A stretch of DNA of 64,000 nt from Takakia lepidozioides (Eukaryota; Plantae; Bryophyta): the NCBI GenBank assembly GCA_030704615.1, contig CM060731.1, forward strand, positions 22,320,001-22,384,000, written 5' to 3'. Of the stretch, positions 1-12,468 are shown piece after piece (the stretch's first letter is position 1; the number at the start of each line of letters is the position of its first letter). The notes beneath the pieces were generated by a model, which worked only from the letters and a program-made list of their open reading frames with translations, searched no databases and was not told where the DNA came from. The translations under genes were made by a program, and so were the position numbers.

Positions 1-835
1 CTGTAGCACACCGTCCCAAATCAACCCAGGACCATTGTCTCGAAAAACATGAGACGAGGGAAAGCTTATGAGCGTAGGCAAGGCTGCATGTGGTTGCCCC
101 ACTCGATTTACTACTGCTAGAGGTGGACGGTCATCATGTTGCACCCTCTGTGGTTGCCTCCCTTGGTCCAAAATGCCCTCAACTATGAGATTGGGTGGCC
201 GTTGAATGGAATCGTATGCTCTCTTGAGCAGCTCTGGTGGTGCAAGATTGGTCCACCACAATCGAGGTTAATGCGCTCGTGATCCCACCGCTGCTGCATC
301 CAATAGCACCGCCGATCCAATCCAAAACCGCACCTGATGCTTACTGGCTATAACCCTGGCCCGAGAGTCCCCTATAAGAGGAACATTCTCCAAGATATAG
401 GCTAGCACTTGCTTCGTCTACAAATCACGCAACACTTTCAACATCTCCCAAAACAAATGCAATCGCGCATCATGCAAGCCATTCCCATGACCTATGGGAT
501 AGTGTCCTTGACAAGACCATCCAGCTATCACCAAGTCAATGGCACCATGCTGGTCCAAATCATCCGCCCCCAGCAAGGTAATGTCTGCTAGCCAAGCCTT
601 TTTGATACCCTTGAATTGCTCAGAGAGGCAACAACTCAGGATACCGGTGTGTGAGCAAGACGATGTGGCACATAGAAATACACCGAGCTATCTCATCCTT
701 CTCCACATACAAGTACTTGCGTACTTTAAACCCTGCTTGCAACACTCTTGCAAGCCCAGTGCTCATGCCTTCAAACATGTCTAGCAAACAAATCCTCGAG
801 TCAAGTGGTTGCCAGATAATGAGCATTGTGTCCAA
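1..835 (-). pseudogene. Degenerate C5 DNA-cytosine methyltransferase domain inside an LTR retrotransposon (continues past window start)
   Basis: Manual minus-strand translation gives motif I LLDMFEGMSTG (~787-755), motif II YLYVEKD, a frameshift at ~600, then IDLVIAGWSCQG (motif IV, Cys at 513-511, PCQ->SCQ), GLHDARLHLFWEML, YILENV (motif VI, 390-382) and DAAAVGSRAH*PRLWWTNL (motif VIII, 300-244). In-frame stops at 620, 420 and 270. Confidence 0.9.
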
Positions 836-844
836 AATGGAGGT

Positions 845-1060
845 GAGAGAGGCTCATGGAGGCTCAACTACAAGAAGATGAGCCTCCTCCATCCTCACAA
901 AGGGAAAACCTATCCCCATGTCCCAAGTGAGGCTCAACACCTCATTTGGCATGTGAGACCCAATGAAGTCCCAACACACAAAATATAAATATAACTATCT
1001 AAAATGTCCTAGTTAACTAGAAGTAGGTAATTCTAGATAACCATGACTAAAACCCTGATA
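845..1060 (-). repeat. Partial LTR (5' part on minus strand) of the DNMT/PHD Gypsy family
   Basis: Near-identical to 38032-38248, including the LTR terminus (aaaaccctgata vs aaaaccatgaca). Directly abuts the DNMT sequence. Confidence 0.85.
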
Positions 1061-1456
1061 GTTTGGAAGGGAAAACATTCAATGTATATATAGAGGATTT
1101 AAGAAAGGCTATAACAAGAAAACACATATCATAGTGAGAGACAAATAAATAAATAAATAAAGGCCCAAATCACAAAAAACAACTTATTGGTAATAACTAG
1201 TCATCTTACTAGTAAGTCCAACTAGGAGAAGTTCACCAAGTTATAGCTGCATTTTTTTTTCTTTCAAACCCTAAACATATCCTCTCATTCCCATACATGC
1301 TCCAAGCAAGCTAAAAAACAGCTCTAATATAGGATACACAACCACAAGAACATGAACAACGTTTTTTTTTTTGCGAATTTTTGCCAAAATGCTCCATTTG
1401 TTTTGGCTCCTACCTCACTTTAGTCTTAGAGGAAATGAAGGCATTTTTTTTCTAGG

Positions 1457-2517
1457 CACTACAGGAAAAAAAGGGGGGGTTTCCGACGCCGGGGCCACGT
1501 CGCGGCGTCGTAAAACAGCCCTTTTCGGGCGGGGTGGGAAAGAACCAAATTTGCGTCGTCCAGGCGTCGCAAGCCCGTCGCCAAAAAAACGTTGCAAATT
1601 TGCGACCAATGGGGGTCACAAATGGGATCGTGATTTGCAACGCCCGGGCATCGCAGGGGATAAATAAATTTTATAAATAATAATTAAAAAAAAAACCTAC
1701 TCTGCATTGTAGAATTAGCACTGTCCGGGGGTCGCAAAGTGCGACGCCCGGACGTCGCAATTTAAGGGGGTACATTTGAGTTTGGGCGGAAAAATTTAAA
1801 TTTAAACTTGTTGACCATTGACTCCGGTTCTATCTAATGGCGATATGTTCATTATTCTACATATATCATGCAATGCATACTTGAACCTAAGACCTCCACG
1901 TTATAACATTTCTAAGACACTGCAGATTAACCAACATACCTACGTCTCATCTATGTATCACCAAAACAATCTTATATATATACATATGAAGATTTCCTTC
2001 AAGTTCCCTCTAAGGGGGTCCCTCTTGTGACGCCTGTGAGTTGCAACCTCCACAACCTTAGTGCCCAGCCCCAACCCCAGCCCCAACCCCAGCCGTAGTT
2101 GCACCCCCCCACCGCTACGCCCCAAGCGACGCCCTTGTGATGACCTAAGCTAACTACAACACCATTGCGACCCTCTGGCGTCGCAGCATTGGTCGTCCCA
2201 GCGCGGGGCACAACCAGCGACGCTTTGGTGAAGTTGAGGGCCGTAAAGCAAAAAAAAAAACAAAAAAAAAAACGAACTCTCATTGTGGTGATGCAGAAGC
2301 GTTGGGGCGCCCTCAGTGACGCTTTTGCAACGTCGGGGCGTCGCAAGAAAAAAATCCGTCGCAGCGAGGGCCTTATTTCATCCTTCATGCCACCTTGCAA
2401 CGGCTGGGCATCGCAATGGTGTCGCAAAAAAACACCGCGGCTCGGCATAGCAGGCTCAGCACCACGCGGGGCGTGGGAGCGCGGCTGACATCGCAAACCC
2501 CCCCATTTGTTGTAGTG
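1457..2517. mobile_element. Non-autonomous CACTA (En/Spm) DNA transposon
   Basis: Termini CACTACA...TGTAGTG, 3-bp TSD AGG (1454-1456 and 2518-2520), many subterminal GCGACGC/GCGTCGC repeats, no transposase. Confidence 0.92.
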
Positions 2518-3162
2518 AGGTTTTCACCAAAATCGGAGAGATGAACAAGAGGTTGTCGCAAAAAAAATCTGTATGATTGCCATCATGGACCTGTTAAAAT
2601 GTGCCACGTGTTATCTAATGACCTTGGTGAGGTTCTAGCTCATGTGTGTCGCCACCTATGACACTAGATAGAATGCAAATGTGGCTGCTAGCACTACTTT
2701 CGAACAATGAAAAAAAAAATGTTGGACACGAGTGCATAGAACATAGTCAACCGGCTACCATTCGTAAAAAATTTACACAGAGCTTCTTAACAAATCATTC
2801 AGTTTAAAAAAATTCAATTAATTTAAAATATATATATATGTATAGTTTTTTTAGTTTTTTTTTTTTTTCCCAGGCCGCTGATTTTCTTTCCGTGCCTCAA
2901 GGTGGAGGGTGAAAGCGGCCGGGGTGCAGCCAAATCTTTCTTTTTCAGCCCTCCAGCTACATCCCTAGTAAGGCTTCATCATACGAGCGGAGCTCTTCCC
3001 CCCTCCATTCCCTTCACTTTTTTTTCACTTATCCTTTCTATTTTTGGTCCTCCCAAAGTTACCAAGGGGCGAAGCTAGACTCAGAAGAAGAGAGAACATG
3101 GACGGGTATTTGGATAATATACCATTAGATATTATTAGGTATCCAGTAACGACATGTCTTTT

Positions 3163-3537
3163 CTAGTGCCGGCAACATTTCGTATTAGGGAACGTTACCA
3201 ATCTGGTGTCAAAGCAGTCTTTGAAAACTATATCCTGAGGCGCATTTGGGGGATTTCTCGCGGATATGTCCGGACCCAAAGAACGGATCCTATTTGAGAC
3301 TATATGGGTTAAACCCGGTTTCTCTATATTCACCTCAAGGTGGAGGTCATCTTTAGGGAATTGTGTCACGTGTTTGATCACATGCTTCGCTAAAGATTTG
3401 GGTCCACACAATAAGACAATGAAGTCATCCGCATAGCGTACATAATGAAGGCGTACATAGTTCGGATCCTTCTGGTCCACAGAGATTATTCCTTGTTTCA
3501 CAATTAGCTTGAGATGTTGTCTATTCTCTTTCTCCAA
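3163..3537 (-). pseudogene. Group II intron reverse transcriptase/maturase fragment (mitochondrial insertion, NUMT)
   Basis: RLHYVRYADDFIVLLCG catalytic YADD motif followed by ...DDLHLEVNIEK..., typical of organellar group II intron RT domains 5-6. Lies next to a mitochondrial-type tRNA. Confidence 0.85.
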
Positions 3538-3575
3538 AACGATCGAGTTACCTCCCAGCTCCTACGTTCTCGTTT

Positions 3576-3655
3576 GCCTCACTATCGGACTTGAACCGAT
3601 AACCCATATGAACAGATTTTAAGTTTGTTGTGTTTACCATTTACACCAAGTGAGC
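3576..3655 (-). pseudogene. trnL-UAA: tRNA-Leu(UAA) pseudogene, organellar (mitochondrial) type
   Basis: Reverse complement GCTCACTTGGTGTAAATGGTAAACAC..ACAAAC-TTAAAA-TCTGT..GGTTATCGGTTCAAGTCCGATAGTGAGGC folds as a cloverleaf with anticodon UAA, a variable arm and a GTTCAA T-loop. One anticodon-stem mismatch and an acceptor-stem defect. Confidence 0.8.
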
Positions 3656-5195
3656 TTAAATGGCGACTAAATCTAAAGTTGGAGGAATGGATCATTTATG
3701 GCTTTTGAAGGGTGGGAAACCAAGGAAAGACCCATGTCAACTTACAATAGTGCCTTTATTTGGTTCACAAATGAATTGATGTATGAAATCGTTGTTTTGC
3801 AGATTTCATCACGACCTTCTTTCTCCGTGACTTTTTCAGAAAGTCAAAATTCCGAAATAGATATGACTTCTCAAACTCTGAAGATGCCAATCAAATTATA
3901 AATTACAAATTACAAATGACAAGTATGGCGCAACATGAGAAATCAAGGGTTCTTACTTACGGAGTTTACACTTCTTTCCATTTTAATTTATAATTTATTA
4001 TGATAAGGTTGTGTGAAAGGTCAAAAATTTGTTAACCTGTCATGTGAAAGGCAATTTCTCAAATTTGTCTATCACAGTAAAAGTAAAAAGATTAATCTAT
4101 CACAAAAAAGGTAGGCCGACATGTCAAAAAACACCACTGCTTGGAAGCTTGATTGAAAAAACTCTCAATGTGCCTTATAATATATTTATGAATTGGAATG
4201 TACTGAATTGAAGCTTATGGTAATTTCGCCGAAAAACTCTAATTAGGCCCTCTAAAATAATCACGCACATAAGGGGCACTGCCCGCGCTAGCTCGTTCTA
4301 GGGTACGTTTTCAGCCGCCCCCAGGAGTGGGTTGGAGCATTTTGGTTGTAGCCATTTTTTTTGCATTTATTAAAAAAAAAACTTTTGGTCCATGGTTCAA
4401 CCTGAACTGACTATGGAGAAATGTTTCACAGAAGTACTTTTTGAGATTCCATGTGATTGAGGGCAGTTTCAATCCCCCGAAAACACCTACAAGCAGCTCC
4501 AGGCCAAACATGGTCTTTTTCCTTCATTTGAAACACCTAGCAAAAATCGAACAACCCTCCAAATTTGGTTGGTCAAAGCAAAAACTATATGTTCCAAAAT
4601 ACCCAAATAAAACAAATCCCCACTAAGACAATATATTTTAGGGTGAAATGGGCTCAACTTGAGTTAGTGGATGCAAGTGCAAGGTAGGCAGCAATGCGTA
4701 CGGCTCATTTTTGAGGCTGAATACGGGTAAGGTGAATAGCCTCAACTTCCTGGACAAGGTGATAACTTTCAGGTGTCAAAAAGGAACTATGTAAGCATGA
4801 AAGGTCCATTCTGGTACCCACTCTAAGAAGAGAAATTATCAGTTATGTAGCTGGGAATTTTCTATCATTCGACAGCACAGTATGCTGTCACAATTCGGAT
4901 GGACAAATTGGAGGATGAATGGGACGTGTATTTCATCCCAAATCAACAATCCGTGTTGTGAACATGATGCTTCAATTAGGTAGAGTACACCGTGTATCTT
5001 GTATCTTCCAGCTTTGATCTGCAAGTAAAGCAAATTTGTTTTTTCCCATTCCTTTTCAAGAAGTGGCTAGGCTAGTCAGATGTGGCTCCTCCTTGTGAAT
5101 AGTGGAATCTACTTTAATCCATAATAATCTTAAGAAATTTCATCTATTTATTTTTCTTTTGCTAAAAAATAGAGATGTTACACATCTTTGACTTA

Positions 5196-5585
5196 GGGCC
5201 GTACCATACTAGCGGCACACCAACGACACTGACGTGGATGTTGCAGGCTAGGGATTGTTGGATGATATAGGTGCATGTCACCAAGTGGCAATGAATCGGC
5301 TACCAAACTCAGCGACAAAAAATCGGTAGGAGAGACCATCGCACAACGGGGTTGGAGACAAAGGCTTCGCGCTGGCGGGAGAATCGCGTCACAACAAAAT
5401 GTCTTCCTAAAATTGTGGATTTCCAGGCGACACTAACTGGAAATCCATATTTCACGGTAATGTGACATGTAGGCGCTAGGTGGGAGCCTCTCTGCCGGCA
5501 GCCGGCACACTGCCCTCCCTTAAACCAATAGGAGGGTCCAAAATTGAGTGCAACTGCCCCTCTTGCCCATAGTGTGGTACAGCCC
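5196..5585. mobile_element. PIF/Harbinger (Tourist-like) MITE
   Basis: Imperfect ~22-bp TIRs GGGCCGTACCATACTAGCGGCA / TGCCCATAGTGTGGTACAGCCC, flanked by TTA on both sides. Confidence 0.8.
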
Positions 5586-8500
5586 TTAGTTCAAGGGAGA
5601 GGAGGTGGCACCTGGGAAAGGCGCAATAGGGGCTTAGTAATTTTTGACACTATGTGTAGTCTCCTCTTTAGAACAAGCCTAAAACGACGATGGACTTGCT
5701 TTGGCAAAACATAAGAGGAAGGTGAGAGTAAGGGGCGTGACTCAGCACAACACACCAATCGGAGCCTCGACACGGTGTAAACATTTTCTCCCTCGACTTG
5801 AACATGTTGCTGCATACATAGCCTCTCTCTTCAAGAGAGCCATTAAAGAGGGCAGCCAATAAAATTAAACTGGTCCTAAATTATTTAAGGAAAATAATGA
5901 ATCCTTTATTGGTTCATGAATGCCGATTCTAACCAATATAATGTGCCAATAAAAATAAGCACTCTATTTTGGATATTTAGTTCATTTCTGTCTTTTGTGC
6001 TCAAGTTTGATTCTTAGTACTAAATCCAGCATTGATGCCCCATACTGAGTTGATTTATCAGGGTTCAACAATAATACATGTTATGCCCCCCAAGTCTGCC
6101 ACGCACTTGTTTCAGTCAACTGTCAAATGGAGGGCCTGCATTATTTTTAAATTAGTGAAACTTTGGAACTACCTCCACTTCCCAAGCGTTATATTACTCC
6201 AACCGTTCAATTAATGCCATATATAATACTGCAAACACCATAAATCGTCTTATTACGCAGGGTCCCACCAATTAGAAATTGTAACGCATCCTATCCATGC
6301 TCTGTACTCTCTCTCTATACATATATAGAGGAGTAGTAAATAGCTGCCCACTGGATTTAACATGGGGTAATAATTATGATGCGGCCGCAACATATAACCA
6401 CTTGGACGAGTTAATGCGGATCAAATTCGAACCTGCGACCCCATCTCCCACATAGTTCGCCTTTAGTTCGTTGGATGAATTTAATGTTAGGATGGTTGGA
6501 TGATCAAAGCATCGTTCATTCACCCGCGTCATTCGGATGGATGATATATGTTTTTACATTTGCTGTCTTCATTCGTTCCGTTTGCATCCATTTTCAGTAG
6601 TTGACGAAAATTGCGGACATTTCTGAGTGCGGGGCGTGATGACCGGAGGATGAACTAACAATAAGTTATATAATACTGTAAATGAAGATATTATTATTAA
6701 TTCAAACAATATTGAAGTTATCGTTGACACGCACTATATTCAAACTGAACCAAGTGTAGGCGTACTACGAACGTTAATCCACTTATTCATCCGGAAGACG
6801 ACGATTTGCCGGCCAAGTACGAACGAAAAGGCTTTCACATTCATCTTACTGGAGAGGATGACCTAACCGGGGCTAGTCGTTAGGGGGGGAGGAAAGTTTG
6901 AAGAAGGAAGCCGTTACGGTTTCCCCCGCGATGGCGCGGAGCTGGGGCCCGCCCCGCCGCCATGGCTGCCTGCGTGTGCATGCAGCAGCGCGCTTCGCTC
7001 GCTGCTGCTCGTCGGCCTCGTCTTGGCGCATTCGGGACGCACTGCCAGAGCTTTCAAGACATTTCACGACATTGATGATTGAAATTTGAGGGGATTGGGA
7101 GGTTTGATCCGCATTTAATGTTTGTCTGCAACAGTAGTGCGCGTGTGGCTGCGGAGCTCGGCTTTGCTCGGAATTGTGTAAATGCGAGGCCCGTGCCCGT
7201 GTGATCCAATTTGCCGTTTTGGAGAAGGTAGATAGGTGGATTTAGCTTGACTGTGTGCTTATATGTATGCGCTCTCCTTTTAAACTACTTACTCAACTCC
7301 AGGCGTGAGTGCAATGCTGAGCTTGAAATTGGCTTAACATTTATTGATCTGCCTGTGATGGTGTGCGTGTGTGTGTGTGCCAGAGCATTGCCCTTCCGCC
7401 TTGTCCCTTGCTATCTATATTTTGCTTGCTGATCCGCTCTCCGGTGATCTCGATGAATCTCTCCGATTCTTTCTCCAGTGAGGCGTTGTAGTTGCAGGCT
7501 CTTTCCAAGCGAGATCGTAGCTGTGCTTAGGTATTGTTTCTTGTGTTCATTGAGATGTTCTCGTCTCTCCCTCTGTGTAGCTGTCATGATCTAAAATTTG
7601 GACAATTTCGGTGCTAGTACTGTGCCTTCATTGTTGTCCGGAAGCAATTCTCTGAATGCAGCATGCGAGGAGGTGACTGGATCTACGTTTTACTGAAAAC
7701 TTATTTTATCCAGCTACTGTCAAGTGCATGCTGATTTCTGTCACGAATTCTGGCTCGATCCTCGAGCTTGTCCATCGGTAGATAGGCGAGTGCAGCCGAT
7801 AACTTTACCTCCAAGCCTGTCGGATCGTCCATCACATCCGAAGGAGATCCGGACTCAAGATAGAATACGCGTCTTCATGGAGTACTCCATGACCGCGACC
7901 ATCGATATAGGAGGCAGGGGACGAAGCCAGGGTGAAGGAGTTGTCCATGTACGTTGTTTCTGAACCCACATTGTCTCAAATGTGTGAATGAGGAGAATGA
8001 CAGAGTATAATTGTGCTGGGACATCCTATTTTGGAGTTGGCTGCGATGTGTGGGGGGGAACAAAGGAGGGATTCCTGAATTCTGGGGCGCTTAGAGTGTC
8101 TAAGCAAAGACCTACATCGCTTGTTTGCTGATCGCTGTACTCTATAGCATACATGTCAGGTACATGACGGTTTTCTGTGTGCCTAGAGGTCGGCCTGCAG
8201 ACCACTTGCCAGCGGTAGTGCCTGTGCTGTGGATTATCACAATTTCAGAGTTCAATTTGCACGCAAGAATGTGATGTGTCGGTTGATGTATTACTAGTCT
8301 TTCTTCTGGAGTGGAGGCTTTCAAGGGATGTTTATGAGAAATGAACCCTAACCCGGTAGTAGGCAGATTTCCCCTCTTGTGAGGCGGGTGTGATGGTCTC
8401 TAACCATCCTGTTTGCAGCTTTTAGTCGGATAACAAAAGAAGTGCCTTAACTGCTGTTCACTGACTGCAGACTCAGCAGTTTCGTAGTGCGTCTGCATAA

Positions 8501-8725
8501 TCTTCTCTATGATTCCTCCGTGGTGAATGGACTTTCTGCTGCCAGCTGAAGGAGTCAGCTGCGGGGATATCTCACCATTCTCAATTCCTATGAAGACATG
8601 TCAAGAGAAGGATGGCTTATTGGGATGCTTTTGGCAGAATCATGTTGTTGTGAACCTAATTGAGTATGTCAAGTGCTCATTATCAATGGAGAGTGACAGA
8701 GGAAGGGGTTAGGGATTGCTTGATA

Positions 8726-11518
8726 ATGGGAAATTGTATAGGAAATGGTGACAGCTATGAACGACACGAATGGGTCAGAAAATGCAGCCAGCATTTGGCC
8801 AGGGGTTTGCTGGACAACAACAATACCAATATGCTTGTCTTCAATAGAAAGGACCAAGTTTCTGCAACAATTCAGAGCTCAACTAAGTCCTACAGTGGGG
8901 TATTCAGTCCATGTTCTCCTTCGTCAAAGCACCAAGAGCTGAGTGATTCAAGACTTGTAGAATCTATAAAGGAGGTGACAACTAGAGATGACTGCAGCAA
9001 TGCTTCTGATTTCAAGAAAGAACAACACACTGGAGATAACACTGCAAGTGAGGCTGAGACGAAGGACCCATCAGGAGTTGATTTGAGGGAGACATCAGCA
9101 TCAGAGGCACATGAAGACTCTAAGAAATTTGCATCTGACCTTCATTTTTATGTCGTGACCTGGAATATGAATGGCAAGGTGAGTCATTTCATTATAGTAG
9201 AAATGGAGAAATGAAAGGGAGTTGTGGCAGTTACAACAGAGACAGAAAGAGACCAGAAGAATTGGAGATCAATGATCTGGGACTCTGTCCTAATGCTAAA
9301 TTACTATGAATTGACAGAGATGATTGTACCGAATGTCTCTGAAGCAGTTGATACTGGACGTCAAACTTCTCTCAGGCTTCTCTCTCGTGCTTATGAGGAT
9401 GGTGGCTTGCTGCAGGCACCTCTTGATAATATCTCCAAGCTCCTTGATGTGACAGATGAATGTTATGACTTCTATGTCATTGGCCTCCAAGAAGCCCCCA
9501 GCTTGCCTGTTGAAGCTGACATTGCTGACGCTCTGGGTCACACCTACTGGTTTTTGTCAATCCCCTCTTGCTGTTTGGTGCCCTTCCAATATCTGTACAC
9601 TTGAGATACAACCTAATTTGACCTCGTTGCTTCTTGTTTACCTACTATTGCAGTAGCAATCTGTGCTTCTAAAGTGCAGTCTGTTCACTAAAGACCTTGT
9701 GTTGACATGGCCATGCAGTCTTGTTGGAGCAGCAGTTATGATGTCCCTCCAACTCTTTGTGTTTGCTAAGATATCTCTCCAAGTACATATCTCAGGTATT
9801 TATCTTTATGCTGTGAGCAGGTCTATTAGGGAATCTGTTGTATCTATCATGTTTCTGGATCAAGGCCAAGCTTCTGATGGAAAATCCATCCATATTCAGT
9901 GGACAGCATGGATTTTGAAGTCAGGTTAATGTGCTGAGTGCTAGTGGAAATCTGTTGATATTGGAACTATTAAGCACCCCTGCAGGTAATCTGTGTTGCT
10001 CTCCTGGACCCAAGGGAGTGTTGGTTTGGAATGGTCATGGGTATCAAGCATCACGATGATGGGACCCAGAGGCACAGTAAGGCAGAATGAAAAGGATGGC
10101 TGCAATGACAGTTGTCAGTTACAGACTATCATTCCAGTAAAGAATTGACTAGTGTCCTGCCTGTGGGAAGCAGGTCTAAAGGTAGATAAAGTGGGAGTAG
10201 GAGGCTTTGGGACTGTGGTTGGCCGCCAGAAAGGTGCTGCAGCAGTCATGTTGAACTTCAAGGAGGTTTCTCTCCTCTTCATTACTGCTCATCTTACTCG
10301 TGAGTCACATTTCCTTCCCTTCATGGTATGTACTGTCTCTTTCATATGATATTAGTATGTATCCTTTCTCTAGAGCCCTGCCTATGATAGGCTGAAGGCC
10401 CTAGAAATAAGTGGGAGCCACTTTTCATAGCTTGAAAAGTTATGTTTAGAGGGCTGTGTGGAAAGGCTTCCAAAGGCTCACTATTTTGCTTGTTCTCCAG
10501 TGCAGCTCATGAAAGCAATGTTGAGGCACGCAATGCCCAGTACCTTCGCATCTCCCAAAATGTGTTTGCCAGATCGACATCAGGCATTTGTTCCTGTATT
10601 CCATCATCAGCTGTTGCTGATGAGCCCCATTGCAAGGTCCCAGGGATGACCTCCAATTTTGTGGAAGAATCGGATTTCGTAGTATGGCTTGGCGATCTCA
10701 ACTACCGTGTAGAAATGCCCCGCAGCTCTGTGGGATTTTTAATCAACCACAACCTGGAGGAGGTAAAATTGTTTGCTTTTGGACTTGGATTTGCCTTTGT
10801 CTTCTCTCACTCACATCTCTTCTCAGGAACATTTATTGGGTCTTGGTTAAGATGGATGATGGTGGTATGGCAGGTGTTGTGGGCCAAGGACCAGCTGTCA
10901 AGAGCAGTGCAGAGCGGCCAAGTCTTCAAGGGTTTTGAGGAAGGGCCTCTCTTGTTCCCACCCACATACAAGTACGATATTGGCACTGACAACTATGACA
11001 CGAGCTCTAAGGTATGGTCGGTTACTCAATCTTGACTGTACAACATTCCCTGCAAGTAGTGCCTATGACATAGTTCTTGCAGGATACAAACCTTCATGGA
11101 GCCAAGATGTTGGGTTTTGGGCTTTAACCTGCCAGGTTGAAAAGTCACCCCAGAATTACAAGTGCCCAACATTTGCTAACAAGGTGAAATAAGGAAGCAG
11201 ATACATCCTGGTTGCACTACTATTGTTTGTCATACTGGCCATGCTTGTAAATTATCGTCAAAAAGCCATAAGCTAACCCAGTATGGATCAAGTCTTTCTA
11301 AGTACACAATGTCATTCTCTTACTCCTGTCTTCTGTGGGTGTGGATTCAGGAAAGAGTACCATCATGGACAGATAGGATTCTCTATAAAGTGAGCCACTC
11401 AAGCTCCATCAAGGTTGAATTGCAGGGCTACACGTCGATAGGTTGTGTGAAAAGTTCAGATCATCGGCCAGTGAAAGCATATCTTGCATTGAAGAATCTC
11501 AAGGAGAGCAGCTCATGA
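8726..11518 (+). CDS. Inositol polyphosphate 5-phosphatase (5PTase11-like), ~450 aa; exons 8726-9178, 9416-9549, 9719-9795, 10174-10299, 10506-10762, 10874-11011, 11351-11518
   Basis: All introns GT-AG with frame preserved (1353 nt). Motifs VTWNMNG, YVIGLQE, KGAAA, WLGDLNYR, FPPTYKY, PSWTDRILY and SSDHRPV. Confidence 0.92.
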
Positions 11519-12347
11519 TTGGGCTTTTCATCCATTGGTGTCGCAATGAACCAATTATTTATTTTTGCTGCTCCTAAATAATGCAGTAACATGACAAAGA
11601 GCTTGCTTTGCATGACTGCTTGGTTTCCAGTTCGAACAGTACAGAAAACATGACCGAGTGAGCTTTTTTTCCAACCTGATTTGCAATCAGACTCAATTTC
11701 ACTTAAACAGAGAGCTGCCTAATACTGCTGAGGGCAACATCTTAACCGTTCCAAGAGGAATGTAGCAAGAATGTTATTCAAAATGGAAACAATCAACCAC
11801 AAATTCATCTTTTGTTGGATCCATTCATCACATCTCTTTTGATGGCCATGCTCTATTCTGTCGTTCTCAAGCTCTTCAATCTGGGCTTGGATTTTATTAG
11901 GCCTCCTTGCTCTTTGATTCTCTGAAGGTTTACAGTACATGCGCCTGAACAGCTGATATGCATGGCAAACTGAGCGAAGGGACCACCTAGAGGATCGACC
12001 ATGCCCAAAAGTGACATGAAAAGGAGGTCTCCACCTTCAATATTGTGTACATATACAGTAGCATTCACATTGGTAACATGTAAAGAGGTAGCGATTAGGG
12101 CACAAATTGAATGTTTGGTTTCGTGTTCAAACTACAGCAACAAGATTGATTTAATTGTTAGGCCAGTTTTTTTCTGTAGATGTGCAATACTATTTGCCTC
12201 AACTGAACGTGATCGTGCAGAAGCTAGCATAACTTGTGTTGTCATTTGACACAAAGGATTAGTCTGGTGCCTGGGGTGGGAATGTAAAGGTTGGTAGAAT
12301 GTGACCACACCTATGTGGGAAGGTGGAGGTTGGTAGAATGAGACAGA

Positions 12348-12468
12348 GGTCCCGGCCCCGCAGTCAAGGTTAGGGCACTCCTTGCGCAGGCGCTGCACCT
12401 TGCCGGAGTCGTCCACCTTGTAGAACTTTCTTCTTTTTGTGTTTTAGCTTCTTGGGCTTGGTGTAGGT
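12348..12468 (-). pseudogene. RPS27A: Ribosomal protein S27a (ubiquitin-extension protein) gene fragment
   Basis: [41 protein letters not shown]. The KLAVLQ codons are deleted, and there is no ubiquitin moiety or C-terminus. Confidence 0.85.

Noticed and set aside
1480-2500. Recurrent GC-rich short repeats resembling an array, and ORFs 1371-2496
   Set aside because: Irregularly spaced, in both orientations and bounded by CACTA termini. They are subterminal repeats, not CRISPR or genes.
6873-8520. Short ORFs upstream of the 5-phosphatase
   Set aside because: No recognisable domains; likely 5'UTR exons and introns.
11700-12250. Short minus-strand ORFs downstream of the 5-phosphatase
   Set aside because: Could not be assigned to any family; possibly TE debris.
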